NCBI GenBank assembly: GCA_027013145.1
Contig: JALUXX010000016.1
Coordinates: forward strand, 254,183 to 318,182
Length of the DNA: 64,000 bases
Origin: Gammaproteobacteria bacterium
Lineage (GTDB): Bacteria > Pseudomonadota > Gammaproteobacteria > 21-64-14
Direction: 5' to 3'
Part shown: positions 26,039-35,519 of the stretch, in pieces
How the letters are laid out: each line of letters opens with the position of its first letter
Numbering within the stretch: position 1 is the first letter of the stretch
Notes under the pieces: generated by a model
Databases searched by the model: none
What the model was told of the DNA's origin: nothing
Seen by the model: the letters and a program-made list of their open reading frames with translations, nothing else
Translations under genes and position numbers: made by a program

Positions 26039-28558
26039 GTGGATGCTCCGGTGATCGACAGCCGCGAGGCCGAAAAGGTCTCCGCGGAGGATCTGTTTCA
26101 ACGCCTCGGTGCCTCCCCGGGCGGGCTGAGTGCGGACGAGGCGCGGCGGCGCCTCGAACAATACGGGGCCAACGCCCTCGAGGAGCGGAAGGTCAGCCCC
26201 TTCCTCAAGTTCCTGGGCTACTTCTGGGGCCCCATCCCGTGGATGATCGAGGTGGCGGCGGTGCTCTCCGCGATCGTCCGCCACTGGGCCGACCTGATCA
26301 TCATCTGCGTGCTCCTCGTCTTCAACGCGCTCGTCGGCTTCTGGCAGGAATACAAGGCCGCCAACGCGCTCGAGGCCCTGAAGAAGCAGCTCGCGCTCAA
26401 GGCGCGCGTCCTGCGCGACGGGCGCTGGCAGGAGACGGAGGCGGCGGGCCTGGTCCCGGGCGACGTCGTGCGCCTGCGCCTCGGCGACATCGTCCCGGCC
26501 GACGTGAAGCTGATCGAGGGCGACTACCTCAGCGTCGATCAGTCGGCGCTCACCGGCGAGTCGCTGCCGGTGGAGAAGAAAGCGGGCGACGTCGCCTACT
26601 CGGGCTCGGTGGCCAAACAGGGCGAGATGGTCGCGCTGGTGATCGCGACCGGGGCCAGTACCTACTTCGGCCGCACCGCCAAGCTGGTGCAGAGCGCCGG
26701 GGCGGTCTCGCATTTCCAGAAGGCCGTGCTGACGATCGGCGACTACCTCATCTATATCAGCCTCGGGCTGGTGGCGATCCTGATCCTGGTGCAGCTCTTC
26801 CGCGGCGCTCCGCTGCTCGAGCTGGTGCAGTTCGCCCTGATCCTGACGGTCGCCTCGATCCCGGTGGCGATGCCCGCCGTGCTGTCGGTGACGATGGCGG
26901 TGGGCGCGCTGGCGCTCTCGCGGCTCAAGGCGATCGTCTCGCGCCTGGAGTCCATCGAGGAGATGGCCGGGGTCGACGTCCTGTGCTCCGACAAGACCGG
27001 TACCCTGACCCGCAACCAGTTGACCCTGGGCGAGCCCGCGCTGTTCGAGGCCGCCGACGCACAGTCCCTGATCCTCGCCGGGGCCCTCGCCTCCAAGGAG
27101 GAGGACGCCGACGCCATCGACCTCGCGGTGATCGGCGGCCTGAGCGACCGCGGCGTCCTCGCCTCCTACCGTCAGGAGAAGTTCACCCCCTTCGATCCCG
27201 TGAGCAAGCGTACCGAGGCGGAGATCACCGATCCGCAGGGCCGGCGCTTCGCCGTCGCCAAGGGTGCGCCCCAGGTGATCCTGCAGATGGCGGGCGTCGA
27301 AGGCGAGGCGGCCGAGCGTGCGCAGCGCGAGATCGATGCCTTCGCGCGCAAGGGCTACCGGACGCTCGGGGTCGCCCGCGCCGACGAACCGGGCCGGTGG
27401 CGCTTCCTGGGACTGCTGCCCCTGTTCGATCCGCCCCGCGAGGACTCCAGGGAGACGATCGCCGAAGCCAGGGCGCACGGCGTCGAGGTGAAGATGGTGA
27501 CGGGCGACAACTCCGCGATCGCCCGCGAGATCGCGGCTCAGCTCGGCCTCGGCACCAATATCCAGCCGGCCGACGCCCTGTTCTCCGGCGGGGTCGATCC
27601 GGGGACTCTCGACGCCGAGGCCGGACGGCGCATCGAGGCGGCGGACGGTTTCGCGCAGGTCTTCCCCGAGCACAAGTACGGCATCGTCAAGGCGCTGCAG
27701 GCGCGCGGGCACCTGGTGGCGATGACCGGAGACGGGGTCAACGACGCCCCGGCGCTCAAGCAGGCCGACGTCGGGATCGCGGTCTCGGGGGCGACGGACG
27801 CGGCGCGCGCCGCGGCGGCGTTGATCCTGACCGCGCCCGGCCTGTCGACCATCGTCAACGCGATCGAAGAGGCGCGGCGGATCTTCGAGCGGATGAACTC
27901 CTACGCGATCTACCGCATCACCGAGACCATCCGCATCATGTTCTTCGTGGTGGCGGCGATGCTCGCCTTCGATTTCTATCCGATCACGGCGATCATGATC
28001 ATCCTGCTGGCGCTGTTCAACGACGTCCCGATCATGGCGATCGCCTACGACAACACCTGGCTGGATCCGCACCCGGTGCGATGGGAGATGCGCCGGGTGC
28101 TGACCGTGTCCACGGTCCTGGGCCTGATCGGCGTGGTGGAGACCTTCGGACTGCTGGTGATCGTCAAGGAATGGCTGCACATGGACGTGGCCGAGATCCA
28201 GACCGTGATCTTTCTCAAGCTGGCGGTGGCCGGGCACCTGACGCTGTTCGTGGCGCGCACCAGTCGACGATTCTGGCGTCCTCCTTACCCCTCGCCCCTG
28301 GTGCTGTGGGGCGCGGTCGCGACCAAGGTGCTGGCGACGCTGTTCGTCGTCTATCCGCTGGGACTGATCACGCCGATCGGGTGGCCGGCGGCCGGCCTCA
28401 TCTGGCTCTACTGTATCGCGTGGATCTTCGTCGAAGACGAAGCCAAGCTGGCGGTCTACCGGCACCTGGAACTCGGCGGGCGTCGGCACCGCGATTTCCT
28501 GCAGACGATGCGCCAGTCCTTGCACCATCCCGCCGGAGGACGACATGGGGGACACTGA
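26039..28558 (+). CDS. P-type ATPase, type IIIA (plant/fungal plasma-membrane H+-ATPase-like)
   Basis: The N-terminus, GLSADEARRRLEQYGANALEE(R)KVSPFLKFLGYFWGPIPWMIE, resembles the AHA/PMA-type sequences I recall. Has CSDKTGTLT, TGD and GDGVNDAPALKQADVGIAV. Start chosen at GTG 26039, after AAGAGGAGAG. The track ORF opens at 25973. Confidence 0.85.
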   Translation: MDAPVIDSREAEKVSAEDLFQRLGASPGGLSADEARRRLEQYGANALEERKVSPFLKFLGYFWGPIPWMIEVAAVLSAIVRHWADLIIICVLLVFNALVGFWQEYKAANALEALKKQLALKARVLRDGRWQETEAAGLVPGDVVRLRLGDIVPADVKLIEGDYLSVDQSALTGESLPVEKKAGDVAYSGSVAKQGEMVALVIATGASTYFGRTAKLVQSAGAVSHFQKAVLTIGDYLIYISLGLVAILILVQLFRGAPLLELVQFALILTVASIPVAMPAVLSVTMAVGALALSRLKAIVSRLESIEEMAGVDVLCSDKTGTLTRNQLTLGEPALFEAADAQSLILAGALASKEEDADAIDLAVIGGLSDRGVLASYRQEKFTPFDPVSKRTEAEITDPQGRRFAVAKGAPQVILQMAGVEGEAAERAQREIDAFARKGYRTLGVARADEPGRWRFLGLLPLFDPPREDSRETIAEARAHGVEVKMVTGDNSAIAREIAAQLGLGTNIQPADALFSGGVDPGTLDAEAGRRIEAADGFAQVFPEHKYGIVKALQARGHLVAMTGDGVNDAPALKQADVGIAVSGATDAARAAAALILTAPGLSTIVNAIEEARRIFERMNSYAIYRITETIRIMFFVVAAMLAFDFYPITAIMIILLALFNDVPIMAIAYDNTWLDPHPVRWEMRRVLTVSTVLGLIGVVETFGLLVIVKEWLHMDVAEIQTVIFLKLAVAGHLTLFVARTSRRFWRPPYPSPLVLWGAVATKVLATLFVVYPLGLITPIGWPAAGLIWLYCIAWIFVEDEAKLAVYRHLELGGRRHRDFLQTMRQSLHHPAGGRHGGH

Positions 28559-29954
28559 GACCGGTCCGGCGGTCGACGCCGGGAAGCGCCTCGACACCGT
28601 CTTCGGGGCCTACGACATCCGCGGCGACGCGCGCGACGCCCTGTGCTGCGGCAACGTGATCGCCATCGCCCGCGCCTACGGCGATTTCATCAGCCCCGAG
28701 GGCGATCGCAGCTTCGTGATCGGTCACGATGCGCGCGTGACCTCACGCTCGCTGGCCGAGGCGGTGAGCCTGGGGTTGCGCTCCGGCGGCCACCACGTCA
28801 CCCACATCGGCCTGTGCACCACGCCGATGCTCTATTGGTACGGGGCCGCGGAGGGCTTCGACGGCAGCGTCATGATCACGGCCAGCGACCTCGCGCCCGA
28901 GTACAACGGGCTGAAGCTGTGCCGCGCCGGCGCGATGCCGTTGAGCGCCGAGGACGGGCTGGCGCAGGTGCGGCGCCTGGTGCGCTTGCCCTTCGTCTTC
29001 GACCGGCCCTGCACCCCGGTCCTGCAGCGGGCACGGCCGCTGGCGCAGTACGCGGCGGTGATGCGCGCGCGCATCGAGGCGCCGCGCCCGGTCAAGGTGG
29101 TCGTCGACGCCGGCAACGGACCCGGCGGGCTCGACACGCGCGAGGTCTTCTCGCACCTCCCCTATGTGCGGCTGTGGGAGATCTCCTTCGAGCCCGACGG
29201 CGGCTTCCCGGACCGCTCCCCGGACCCCAGCGCGCCCGGCGCCCTGATGGCCCTCGCCCGCTGCGTGGTCCGCCACGGCTGCGAACTCGGTGTGGCCTAC
29301 GACGGCGACGCCGACCGCATCGCCGTGGTCGACGAACGCGGTGAGACGGTGCCTGCGGACGTGGTCGGCGCGCTGGTGGCGCGGCGTCTCCTGGCGCGTC
29401 ATGGGGGAGGCGTGGTGTTGTGCGATCCGCGCGCCGGACGCGGCGTGGCCGAAGCGGTCGAAGAGGCCGGCGGGCGTGCGCTGCGCACGCGGGTGGGCCG
29501 ACCGTACATCAAGGCGGCGATGCGCGCGCACGAGGCGCTGTTCGCCCTCGAGATGTCGGGACACTACTACTATTCGGACCTGTACTGTTCCGACAACGGC
29601 CTGCGCACGCTGATCGAGCTGATCAACGTCGTGGCGGGCGCGGACGCGCCGCTCTCGGAGCTGGCGCGCGGGCTGCGGCGCTACGCGCGTGCCGCGGAGA
29701 TGAACGTGGCGGTCGGCGATTCGGCGGCGGCCCTGGAGGCGCTCGCCCGGACCTTCGCGGACGGAAAAATCGACCGCATCGAGGGGATCACGGTGGACTA
29801 TCCGGACTGGTGGTTCAACGCGCGCGCGGCGTTGACGGAGCCGGTGCTGCGGATCAACGTGGAGGCGCGCGACGAGTCCCGGTTGGAGGACCGGCGCGCC
29901 CGCCTCCTCGGGGTGTTGCGGGCGTTCCGCTCCGACGCCGGGGGGCGGTCGTGA
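28545..29954 (+). CDS. Phosphoglucomutase / phosphomannomutase (alpha-D-phosphohexomutase family)
   Basis: 469 aa. Has FGAYDIRG and a catalytic-loop region ITASDLAPEYNGLK. The active-site residue reads D where S/T is usual. Also has DGDADR. The ATG follows GGAGGA and overlaps the ATPase gene by 14 nt. Confidence 0.8.
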   Translation: MGDTETGPAVDAGKRLDTVFGAYDIRGDARDALCCGNVIAIARAYGDFISPEGDRSFVIGHDARVTSRSLAEAVSLGLRSGGHHVTHIGLCTTPMLYWYGAAEGFDGSVMITASDLAPEYNGLKLCRAGAMPLSAEDGLAQVRRLVRLPFVFDRPCTPVLQRARPLAQYAAVMRARIEAPRPVKVVVDAGNGPGGLDTREVFSHLPYVRLWEISFEPDGGFPDRSPDPSAPGALMALARCVVRHGCELGVAYDGDADRIAVVDERGETVPADVVGALVARRLLARHGGGVVLCDPRAGRGVAEAVEEAGGRALRTRVGRPYIKAAMRAHEALFALEMSGHYYYSDLYCSDNGLRTLIELINVVAGADAPLSELARGLRRYARAAEMNVAVGDSAAALEALARTFADGKIDRIEGITVDYPDWWFNARAALTEPVLRINVEARDESRLEDRRARLLGVLRAFRSDAGGRS

Positions 29955-30949
29955 GTGCGGCGGAGCGCTTCGCGCAGTGGACCGCGGCCGCGCAGGGCGA
30001 GCCGCCGGTGCCGGCGGCGATCGTCGACGCCCACGAACCCCATGTGCTCGAGGCGGCCCTGGAGGCGCGGACGGCGGGGCTGATCGAGCCGGTCCTGGTC
30101 GGCCCGCGCGCGCCCATCGAGGAGTTGTGCGCCCGCCTCTGCGTGGAGGTGCCGCCGCTGCTCGAGAGCGCCCCCGAGGGACCTGCGGCCGAGGCCGCGG
30201 TGCGGCTGGTGGAAGAGGGGCGTGCGGCGATCCTGGTGAAGGGCTGGGTGCACACCGACGTGATCATGCACCCGGTCCTCGCGCACCTGCGCACGCACCG
30301 GCGCGTGAGCCACGTGTTCGCCGCCGCGCTCGACCGCTACCACAAACCGCTGCTGATCACCGACGCGGCGATCAACATCCTGCCCGATCTCCTCACCAAG
30401 GCGGAGATCGTGCGCAACGCCGTCGATCTCGCCGCACTCCTCGGCATCGGGCGCCCGAAGGTCGCCGCGCTCTCGGCGCTGGAGATGGTCAAGCCGGCGA
30501 TCCCATCGACCATCGACGCCGCCTGCCTCAGCAAGATGGCCGAGCGCGGTCAGATCCGCGGGGTGGTGATCGACGGTCCGCTGGCCTTCGACAACGCGAT
30601 CTCACGCGAGGCCGCACGGATCAAGGGCATCGACGGCGAGGTGTGCGGGGACGCCGACATCCTGCTTGCGCCGGATCTCGACGCCGGCAACATCCTCGTC
30701 AAGGACCTCGAGTACCTGGCCGGGGCGACGCTCGCCGGCGTCGTGGTCGGCGCGCGGGTCCCGATCATCCTGACATCGCGCTCGGACCCGCACGCGGCGC
30801 GCATCGCCTCGGCCGCGCTCGCCGTGCGTATGCACCGCGCCTGGGGGGGCGGGGCGCCTCCGGCCGCCGGGGCGGGGCGGGCGGCCGAGGCGACGAGCGG
30901 GGGGCGGGACCTCGGGCGCAGTGCCCGCGCGGCGGCGACCCCGCCGTGA
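29951..30949 (+). CDS. pta: Phosphate acetyl/butyryl-transferase (short Pta/Ptb type)
   Basis: The GTG 29951 overlaps the PGM stop (GTGA). ...LVKGWVHTD...ITDAAINI.P......I..NA...A..LGI..PKVAALSA is typical of the PTA_PTB family. Ends in a low-complexity G/A tail. Confidence 0.8.
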   Translation: MSAAERFAQWTAAAQGEPPVPAAIVDAHEPHVLEAALEARTAGLIEPVLVGPRAPIEELCARLCVEVPPLLESAPEGPAAEAAVRLVEEGRAAILVKGWVHTDVIMHPVLAHLRTHRRVSHVFAAALDRYHKPLLITDAAINILPDLLTKAEIVRNAVDLAALLGIGRPKVAALSALEMVKPAIPSTIDAACLSKMAERGQIRGVVIDGPLAFDNAISREAARIKGIDGEVCGDADILLAPDLDAGNILVKDLEYLAGATLAGVVVGARVPIILTSRSDPHAARIASAALAVRMHRAWGGGAPPAAGAGRAAEATSGGRDLGRSARAAATPP

Positions 30950-30989
30950 CCCGCGGCGGGTCCCTGGATTGGAGATCGGAGGATCGGAC

Positions 30990-32015
30990 ATGAATGCGGA
31001 AGAGGAACTGCAACGGACCATCGCCGCCCTGGTGCGGCCGGATCGGGGGATCCTCGCCGCCGACGAGAGCCTGCCGACCATCGGCAAGCGCTTCGCAGCG
31101 GTGGGCGTCGACAACACGGAGGAGAACCGGCGCGCCTATCGCGCGTTGATGTTCACGACCGAGGGCATCGGTGAATATCTCAACGGGGTGATCCTGTTCG
31201 AGGAGACGCTCGACCAGACCGCCGATGACGGGACCCCGCTGCCGGTCGTGCTGGCGCGCCAGGGGGTCGTCCCGGGCGTCAAGGTCGACAAGGGCAAGGG
31301 GCCGCTCCCCGGAGCGCCGGGAGACCAGGTGACCTACGGGCTCGACGGCCTCGCCGAGCGCCTGGCGCAGTACCGCGAGAAGGGTGCGCGCTTCGCCAAA
31401 TGGCGCGAGGTCTACCCGGTGAGCGAACGTAACCCGACGCCGCTCGGTATCGAGGCCAACGCCGAGATGCTCGCACGCTACGCCGCGGTGTGCCAGGCGG
31501 AGGGGTTCGTTCCGATCGTCGAACCCGAAGTGCTGATCGACGGCGACCACAGCCTGGAGCGTTGCGCCGAGGTCAGCGAGGCCGTGCTGCACGCGGTGTT
31601 CCACGCGCTGCACCGCCACCGCGTGGTTCTCGAATACCTCATCCTCAAGCCGAGCATGATCGTCCCGGGTCGGGATCACCCGCGGAAGGCGACGCCGGAG
31701 GAGGTTGCGGAGGCGACGGTCCGGGTGTTGCGGCGCACGGTCCCGGCGGCCGTTCCGAGCGTCAACTTCCTCTCCGGCGGCCAGGGGCCCGAGGAGGCGA
31801 CGGCCAACCTCAACGCGATGAACGCCGGCTTCCCCGGGCAGCCCTGGGCCCTGTCCTTCTCCTTCGCGCGTGCGATCCAGGAGCCGGTGATGGTCGCCTG
31901 GGCCGGGCGCGCGCGCAACGTGGAGGCGGCCCGGCGCGCCTTCCGGCATCGCCTGCGCATGAACGCCGCCGCCCGGCGCGGGGAATACCGGCCGGGGTTG
32001 GAGGGCGGGGGCTGA
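30990..32015 (+). CDS. Class I fructose-bisphosphate aldolase (eukaryote-like glycolytic family)
   Basis: ATG 30990 follows GGAGATCGGAGGA. Has GILAADES.PTIGKRF...NTEENRRAYR and GV.PG.KVDKG. Confidence 0.85.
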   Translation: MNAEEELQRTIAALVRPDRGILAADESLPTIGKRFAAVGVDNTEENRRAYRALMFTTEGIGEYLNGVILFEETLDQTADDGTPLPVVLARQGVVPGVKVDKGKGPLPGAPGDQVTYGLDGLAERLAQYREKGARFAKWREVYPVSERNPTPLGIEANAEMLARYAAVCQAEGFVPIVEPEVLIDGDHSLERCAEVSEAVLHAVFHALHRHRVVLEYLILKPSMIVPGRDHPRKATPEEVAEATVRVLRRTVPAAVPSVNFLSGGQGPEEATANLNAMNAGFPGQPWALSFSFARAIQEPVMVAWAGRARNVEAARRAFRHRLRMNAAARRGEYRPGLEGGG

Positions 32016-32075
32016 GGCCGGTGCCGGCGCGCCACGCACCCTCCGGAGTACTCACTGCGAAAACGGGGCAAGAGG

Positions 32076-34508
32076 ATGGATTACCGTTATCTGCGCTTCT
32101 TCCGTGACATCACGCTGGACGACGTGCCGCTGGTGGGCGGCAAGAACGCCTCGCTCGGCGAGGCCTACCGCGAACTCACCCCGCAGGGGGTGCAGGTGCC
32201 CAACGGCTTCGCCGTCACCGCCGAGGCCTACCGCTACGTGCTCGACCGCGCCGGGGCCTGGGACGGCCTGCACGCGGCCCTCGACGGCGTCGATCCCGCC
32301 GACGTGGAGGATCTCGCCCGGCGCGGTCGCCGCGCGCGCGAGATTGTCTACGGCGCGGGCCTGCCGGAGGACCTTGCGGCCGAGATCCGCGCGGCCTACG
32401 GCGAGCTGCTCGCGGAGTACGGCGAAGACCTCAGCGTGGCGGTGCGCAGCTCGGCCACGGCCGAGGACCTGCCGACGGCGAGTTTCGCCGGCCAGCAGGA
32501 CACCTATCTCAACGTGCACGGCGAGGAGAACCTGCTCGACGCCTGCCGGCGCTGCTTCGCCAGCCTGTTCACCGATCGCGCCATCCACTACCGCATCGAT
32601 CAGGGCTTCGACCACTTCAAGGTGTCGCTGTCGGTCGGCATCATGAAGATGGTGCGCTCCGACCTCGCCGCCTCGGGGGTGATGTTCTCGCTCGATACCG
32701 AGACCGGTTTCCGCGACGTCGTCTTCATCACCGGCGCCTACGGCCTCGGCGAGAACGTGGTGCAGGGCGCCGTCGACCCCGACGAGTTCTATGTCCACAA
32801 GCCGACCTTCGAGGCCGGTCACCGCGCGGTCCTGCGGCGCGCGCTCGGGGCAAAGAAGATCAAGATGATCTACGCGCGCGGGCGTACCCGCGAGGCCACC
32901 CGCAACGTCCCCACCTCGCCCGACGAGCGCGCCCGCTACTGCATCGACGACGCCGACGTCCTGACGCTGGCCGACTACGCGATCAAGGTCGAGCGCCACT
33001 ACAGCGCCAAGGCCGGCGCGGACCGGCCCATGGACATGGAGTGGGCCAAGGACGGCCTCGACGGCCGGATCTATCTGGTCCAGGCGCGGCCGGAGACCGT
33101 GGCTTCGCAGCGCCGCGGCGGCGTCCTCGAGACCTACGTGCTCAAGGAACACGGCGAGGTGCTGGTGAGCGGCCGCGCCGTCGGTTCGCGCATCGCCGCC
33201 GGTGCGGTGCGCGTCATCCCCGACGTGGCCCATCTCCCGCAGTTCCGCCCCGGCGAGGTGCTCGTCGCCGACACCACGACACCCGACTGGGAGCCGGTCA
33301 TGAAGACGGCCGCGGCGATCGTCACCAACCGCGGCGGGCGCACCTGCCACGCCGCGATCATCGCCCGCGAGCTGGGTATCCCGGCGGTGGTGGGCGCCGC
33401 CGACGCCACGGAGCGCCTCGCGGCGGAGTCGCAGGTCACGGTCTCGTGTGCGGAGGGCGACGTCGGGCGCGTGTACCGCGGCGCGCTCGCCTTCGAGGTC
33501 GAGCGCACGGACCTCGGGGAGTTGCCGCGCCCGGCCACCGAGATCATGATCAATCTGGGCAACCCCGAGATCGCGTTCCAGACGGCGATGATTCCCAACG
33601 ACGGCGTCGGTCTCGCGCGCATGGAGTTCATCGTCAACGAGTACATCAAGGTGCATCCGCTGGCGCTGCTGCACCCGGAGCGCGTGTCGGATCCGGCGGT
33701 GCAGGCGCGCGTGCGGGAACTCGCGCGGGGCTACGACGACGCGCGCGAGTATTTCGTCCGGCGCCTGTCGGAGGGCGTGGGGACGATCGCCGCGGCCTTC
33801 TATCCGCGGCCGGTGGTGGTGCGCATGTCGGACTTCAAGAGCAACGAGTACGCCTCGCTGCTCGGCGGGCGCGACTTCGAACCGGAGGAGGCCAATCCGA
33901 TGCTCGGTTTCCGCGGCGCTTCCCGCTACGCGCACCCGGCCTACGCCGAGGGCTTCGCGCTCGAGTGCGCGGCGATGAAGCGCGTGCGCGAGACCATGGG
34001 TCTCGATAACGTGATTCTGATGCTGCCGTTCGTGCGGCGTGTGGCCGAGGCCGACGCGGTCCTGGCCGCCATGGCGGAGCACGGTCTCAAGCGCGGCGAG
34101 AACGGCCTGCGTGTCTACGCCATGTGCGAGATCCCCAACAATGTCGTGCTCATCGACGAGTTCGCCAAGCGCTTCGACGGCTTCTCCATCGGCTCCAACG
34201 ACCTCACCCAGCTCACCCTGGGCGTGGACCGCGACAGCGAGATCGTGGCCTTCGACTACGATGAGCGCGACCCGGGCGTCAAGGAGATGATCCGCCTGGC
34301 GGTGGAGGGCTGCCGCCGCAACGGGATCCACTCGGGCCTGTGCGGGCAGGCGCCGTCCGACTATCCGGAGATGGCGGAGTTCCTGGTGGAGATCGGGATC
34401 GACTCGATGAGCCTCAATCCGGATACGGTGTTGGCGACCACCCGGCACGTGCTCGATCTCGAACGACGACTCGGCCGCGCGCCGCGTGCGGCGAAGGGTT
34501 CGGCATGA
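32076..34508 (+). CDS. ppsA: Phosphoenolpyruvate synthase (pyruvate, water dikinase)
   Basis: 810 aa. Has VPLVGGKNASLGE, the phospho-His loop TNRGGRTCHAAIIARELGIP and a C-terminal PEP-utilizer TIM barrel (FSIGSNDLTQLTLG). Confidence 0.9.
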   Translation: MDYRYLRFFRDITLDDVPLVGGKNASLGEAYRELTPQGVQVPNGFAVTAEAYRYVLDRAGAWDGLHAALDGVDPADVEDLARRGRRAREIVYGAGLPEDLAAEIRAAYGELLAEYGEDLSVAVRSSATAEDLPTASFAGQQDTYLNVHGEENLLDACRRCFASLFTDRAIHYRIDQGFDHFKVSLSVGIMKMVRSDLAASGVMFSLDTETGFRDVVFITGAYGLGENVVQGAVDPDEFYVHKPTFEAGHRAVLRRALGAKKIKMIYARGRTREATRNVPTSPDERARYCIDDADVLTLADYAIKVERHYSAKAGADRPMDMEWAKDGLDGRIYLVQARPETVASQRRGGVLETYVLKEHGEVLVSGRAVGSRIAAGAVRVIPDVAHLPQFRPGEVLVADTTTPDWEPVMKTAAAIVTNRGGRTCHAAIIARELGIPAVVGAADATERLAAESQVTVSCAEGDVGRVYRGALAFEVERTDLGELPRPATEIMINLGNPEIAFQTAMIPNDGVGLARMEFIVNEYIKVHPLALLHPERVSDPAVQARVRELARGYDDAREYFVRRLSEGVGTIAAAFYPRPVVVRMSDFKSNEYASLLGGRDFEPEEANPMLGFRGASRYAHPAYAEGFALECAAMKRVRETMGLDNVILMLPFVRRVAEADAVLAAMAEHGLKRGENGLRVYAMCEIPNNVVLIDEFAKRFDGFSIGSNDLTQLTLGVDRDSEIVAFDYDERDPGVKEMIRLAVEGCRRNGIHSGLCGQAPSDYPEMAEFLVEIGIDSMSLNPDTVLATTRHVLDLERRLGRAPRAAKGSA

Positions 34509-35506
34509 GCGGGCGCGACGATCCACCCGCGGGTGGGGGTGCGCCGGGCGGCGGGCGCCCGGCGCCGGCGCACCCGCAGCGCCGGCGCGAGCCGCTGCCG
34601 TGGCACGCGCCGAAGCCGGCGGCGGAGGACCCGGACGCGCCGCGGCGGGTGCAGGCCATCCTCGACAGCCCCACCTACCGCCCGGCCGATCGCGACGTGG
34701 AGTTTCTCGACCATCCCGCCACGCGCGGCGTGCGCCTCGAGATCGACTACCTCAAGCCGCAGCTCACCCTCGAACGCCGGGGGGTCGAGCACACCATCGT
34801 CGTCTTCGGCTCGACGCGCATCCGCGAGCCGGCGGCCGCCGAGCGCCGGGTCGAGGAGTTGATCACACGCCTGCGGGAGAATCCGGGCGATGCGGACCTC
34901 GAACGGCGCCTCGCCGTGGCCGAGCGCCTGCTCGCGAAGAGCCGCTACTACGACGTTGCGCGCGAGTTGGGTCGCCTGATCGGCGCCGCCGGTGCGGGGC
35001 CCGGGGACCACCGCGTCATGCTGGTAACCGGGGGCGGGCCGGGGATGATGGAGGCGGCCAACCGCGGCGCCTTCGACGTCGGTGCGCATTCCGTTGGACT
35101 CAACATCACCCTGCCGCACGAGCAGTATCCGAACCCTTACATCACGCCGGATCTCTGCTTCCGCTTCCACTATTTCGCGATACGTAAGCTCCACTTCCTC
35201 CTGCGGGCGCAGGCCCTGGTCGCCTTCCCGGGCGGTTACGGGACCTTCGACGAGCTGTTCGAGACCCTCACCCTGATCCAGACGCGAAAGATCCGGCCGG
35301 TGCCGGTGGTCCTGGTGGGAGAGCGCTACTGGCGGCGCGCGGTCGATGTGGACTTTCTCGTCGACGAGGGCGTGATCGACCCCGAGGATCGCGAGCTGTT
35401 CTGGTACGCGGAGGAAGCCGGGGAGATCTGGCGCGGCATCCTCGAGTGGCACGAGGCCAACGGCACGCCCCTGTTTCCGGCGGGCGCCGCCCGCGGATCC
35501 TCGTGA
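34505..35506 (+). CDS. LOG-family (TIGR00730-type) Rossmann-fold nucleotide N-ribohydrolase-like protein
   Basis: The ATG 34505 overlaps the ppsA stop (ATGA). Has VTGGGPGMMEAANRGA and PGGYGTFDELFE motifs. A Pro/Gly/Arg-rich N-terminal extension of about 60 aa precedes the conserved region. Confidence 0.8.
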   Translation: MSGRDDPPAGGGAPGGGRPAPAHPQRRREPLPWHAPKPAAEDPDAPRRVQAILDSPTYRPADRDVEFLDHPATRGVRLEIDYLKPQLTLERRGVEHTIVVFGSTRIREPAAAERRVEELITRLRENPGDADLERRLAVAERLLAKSRYYDVARELGRLIGAAGAGPGDHRVMLVTGGGPGMMEAANRGAFDVGAHSVGLNITLPHEQYPNPYITPDLCFRFHYFAIRKLHFLLRAQALVAFPGGYGTFDELFETLTLIQTRKIRPVPVVLVGERYWRRAVDVDFLVDEGVIDPEDRELFWYAEEAGEIWRGILEWHEANGTPLFPAGAARGSS

Positions 35507-35519
35507 AGGGGGCAATCGG

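Noticed and set aside
25943-28597. 884-aa minus-strand ORF
   Set aside because: Antisense to the P-type ATPase, whose DKTGTLT/GDGVNDAP motifs fix the true strand.
32052-34526. 824-aa minus-strand ORF. The same reasoning covers 42608-44701 (697 aa), 35268-36962 (564 aa), 24120-26021 (633 aa), 4693-6447 (584 aa) and 9295-10890 (531 aa), and the alternate-frame ORF 15159-18524 (1121 aa).
   Set aside because: These ORFs lie opposite (or, for 9295-10890, partly opposite) genes whose family motifs fix the strand (ppsA, ftsH, the MBL gene and so on), or, for 15159-18524, in an alternate frame of the RND permease gene on the same strand. Their translations are repetitive R/A/P/G strings.
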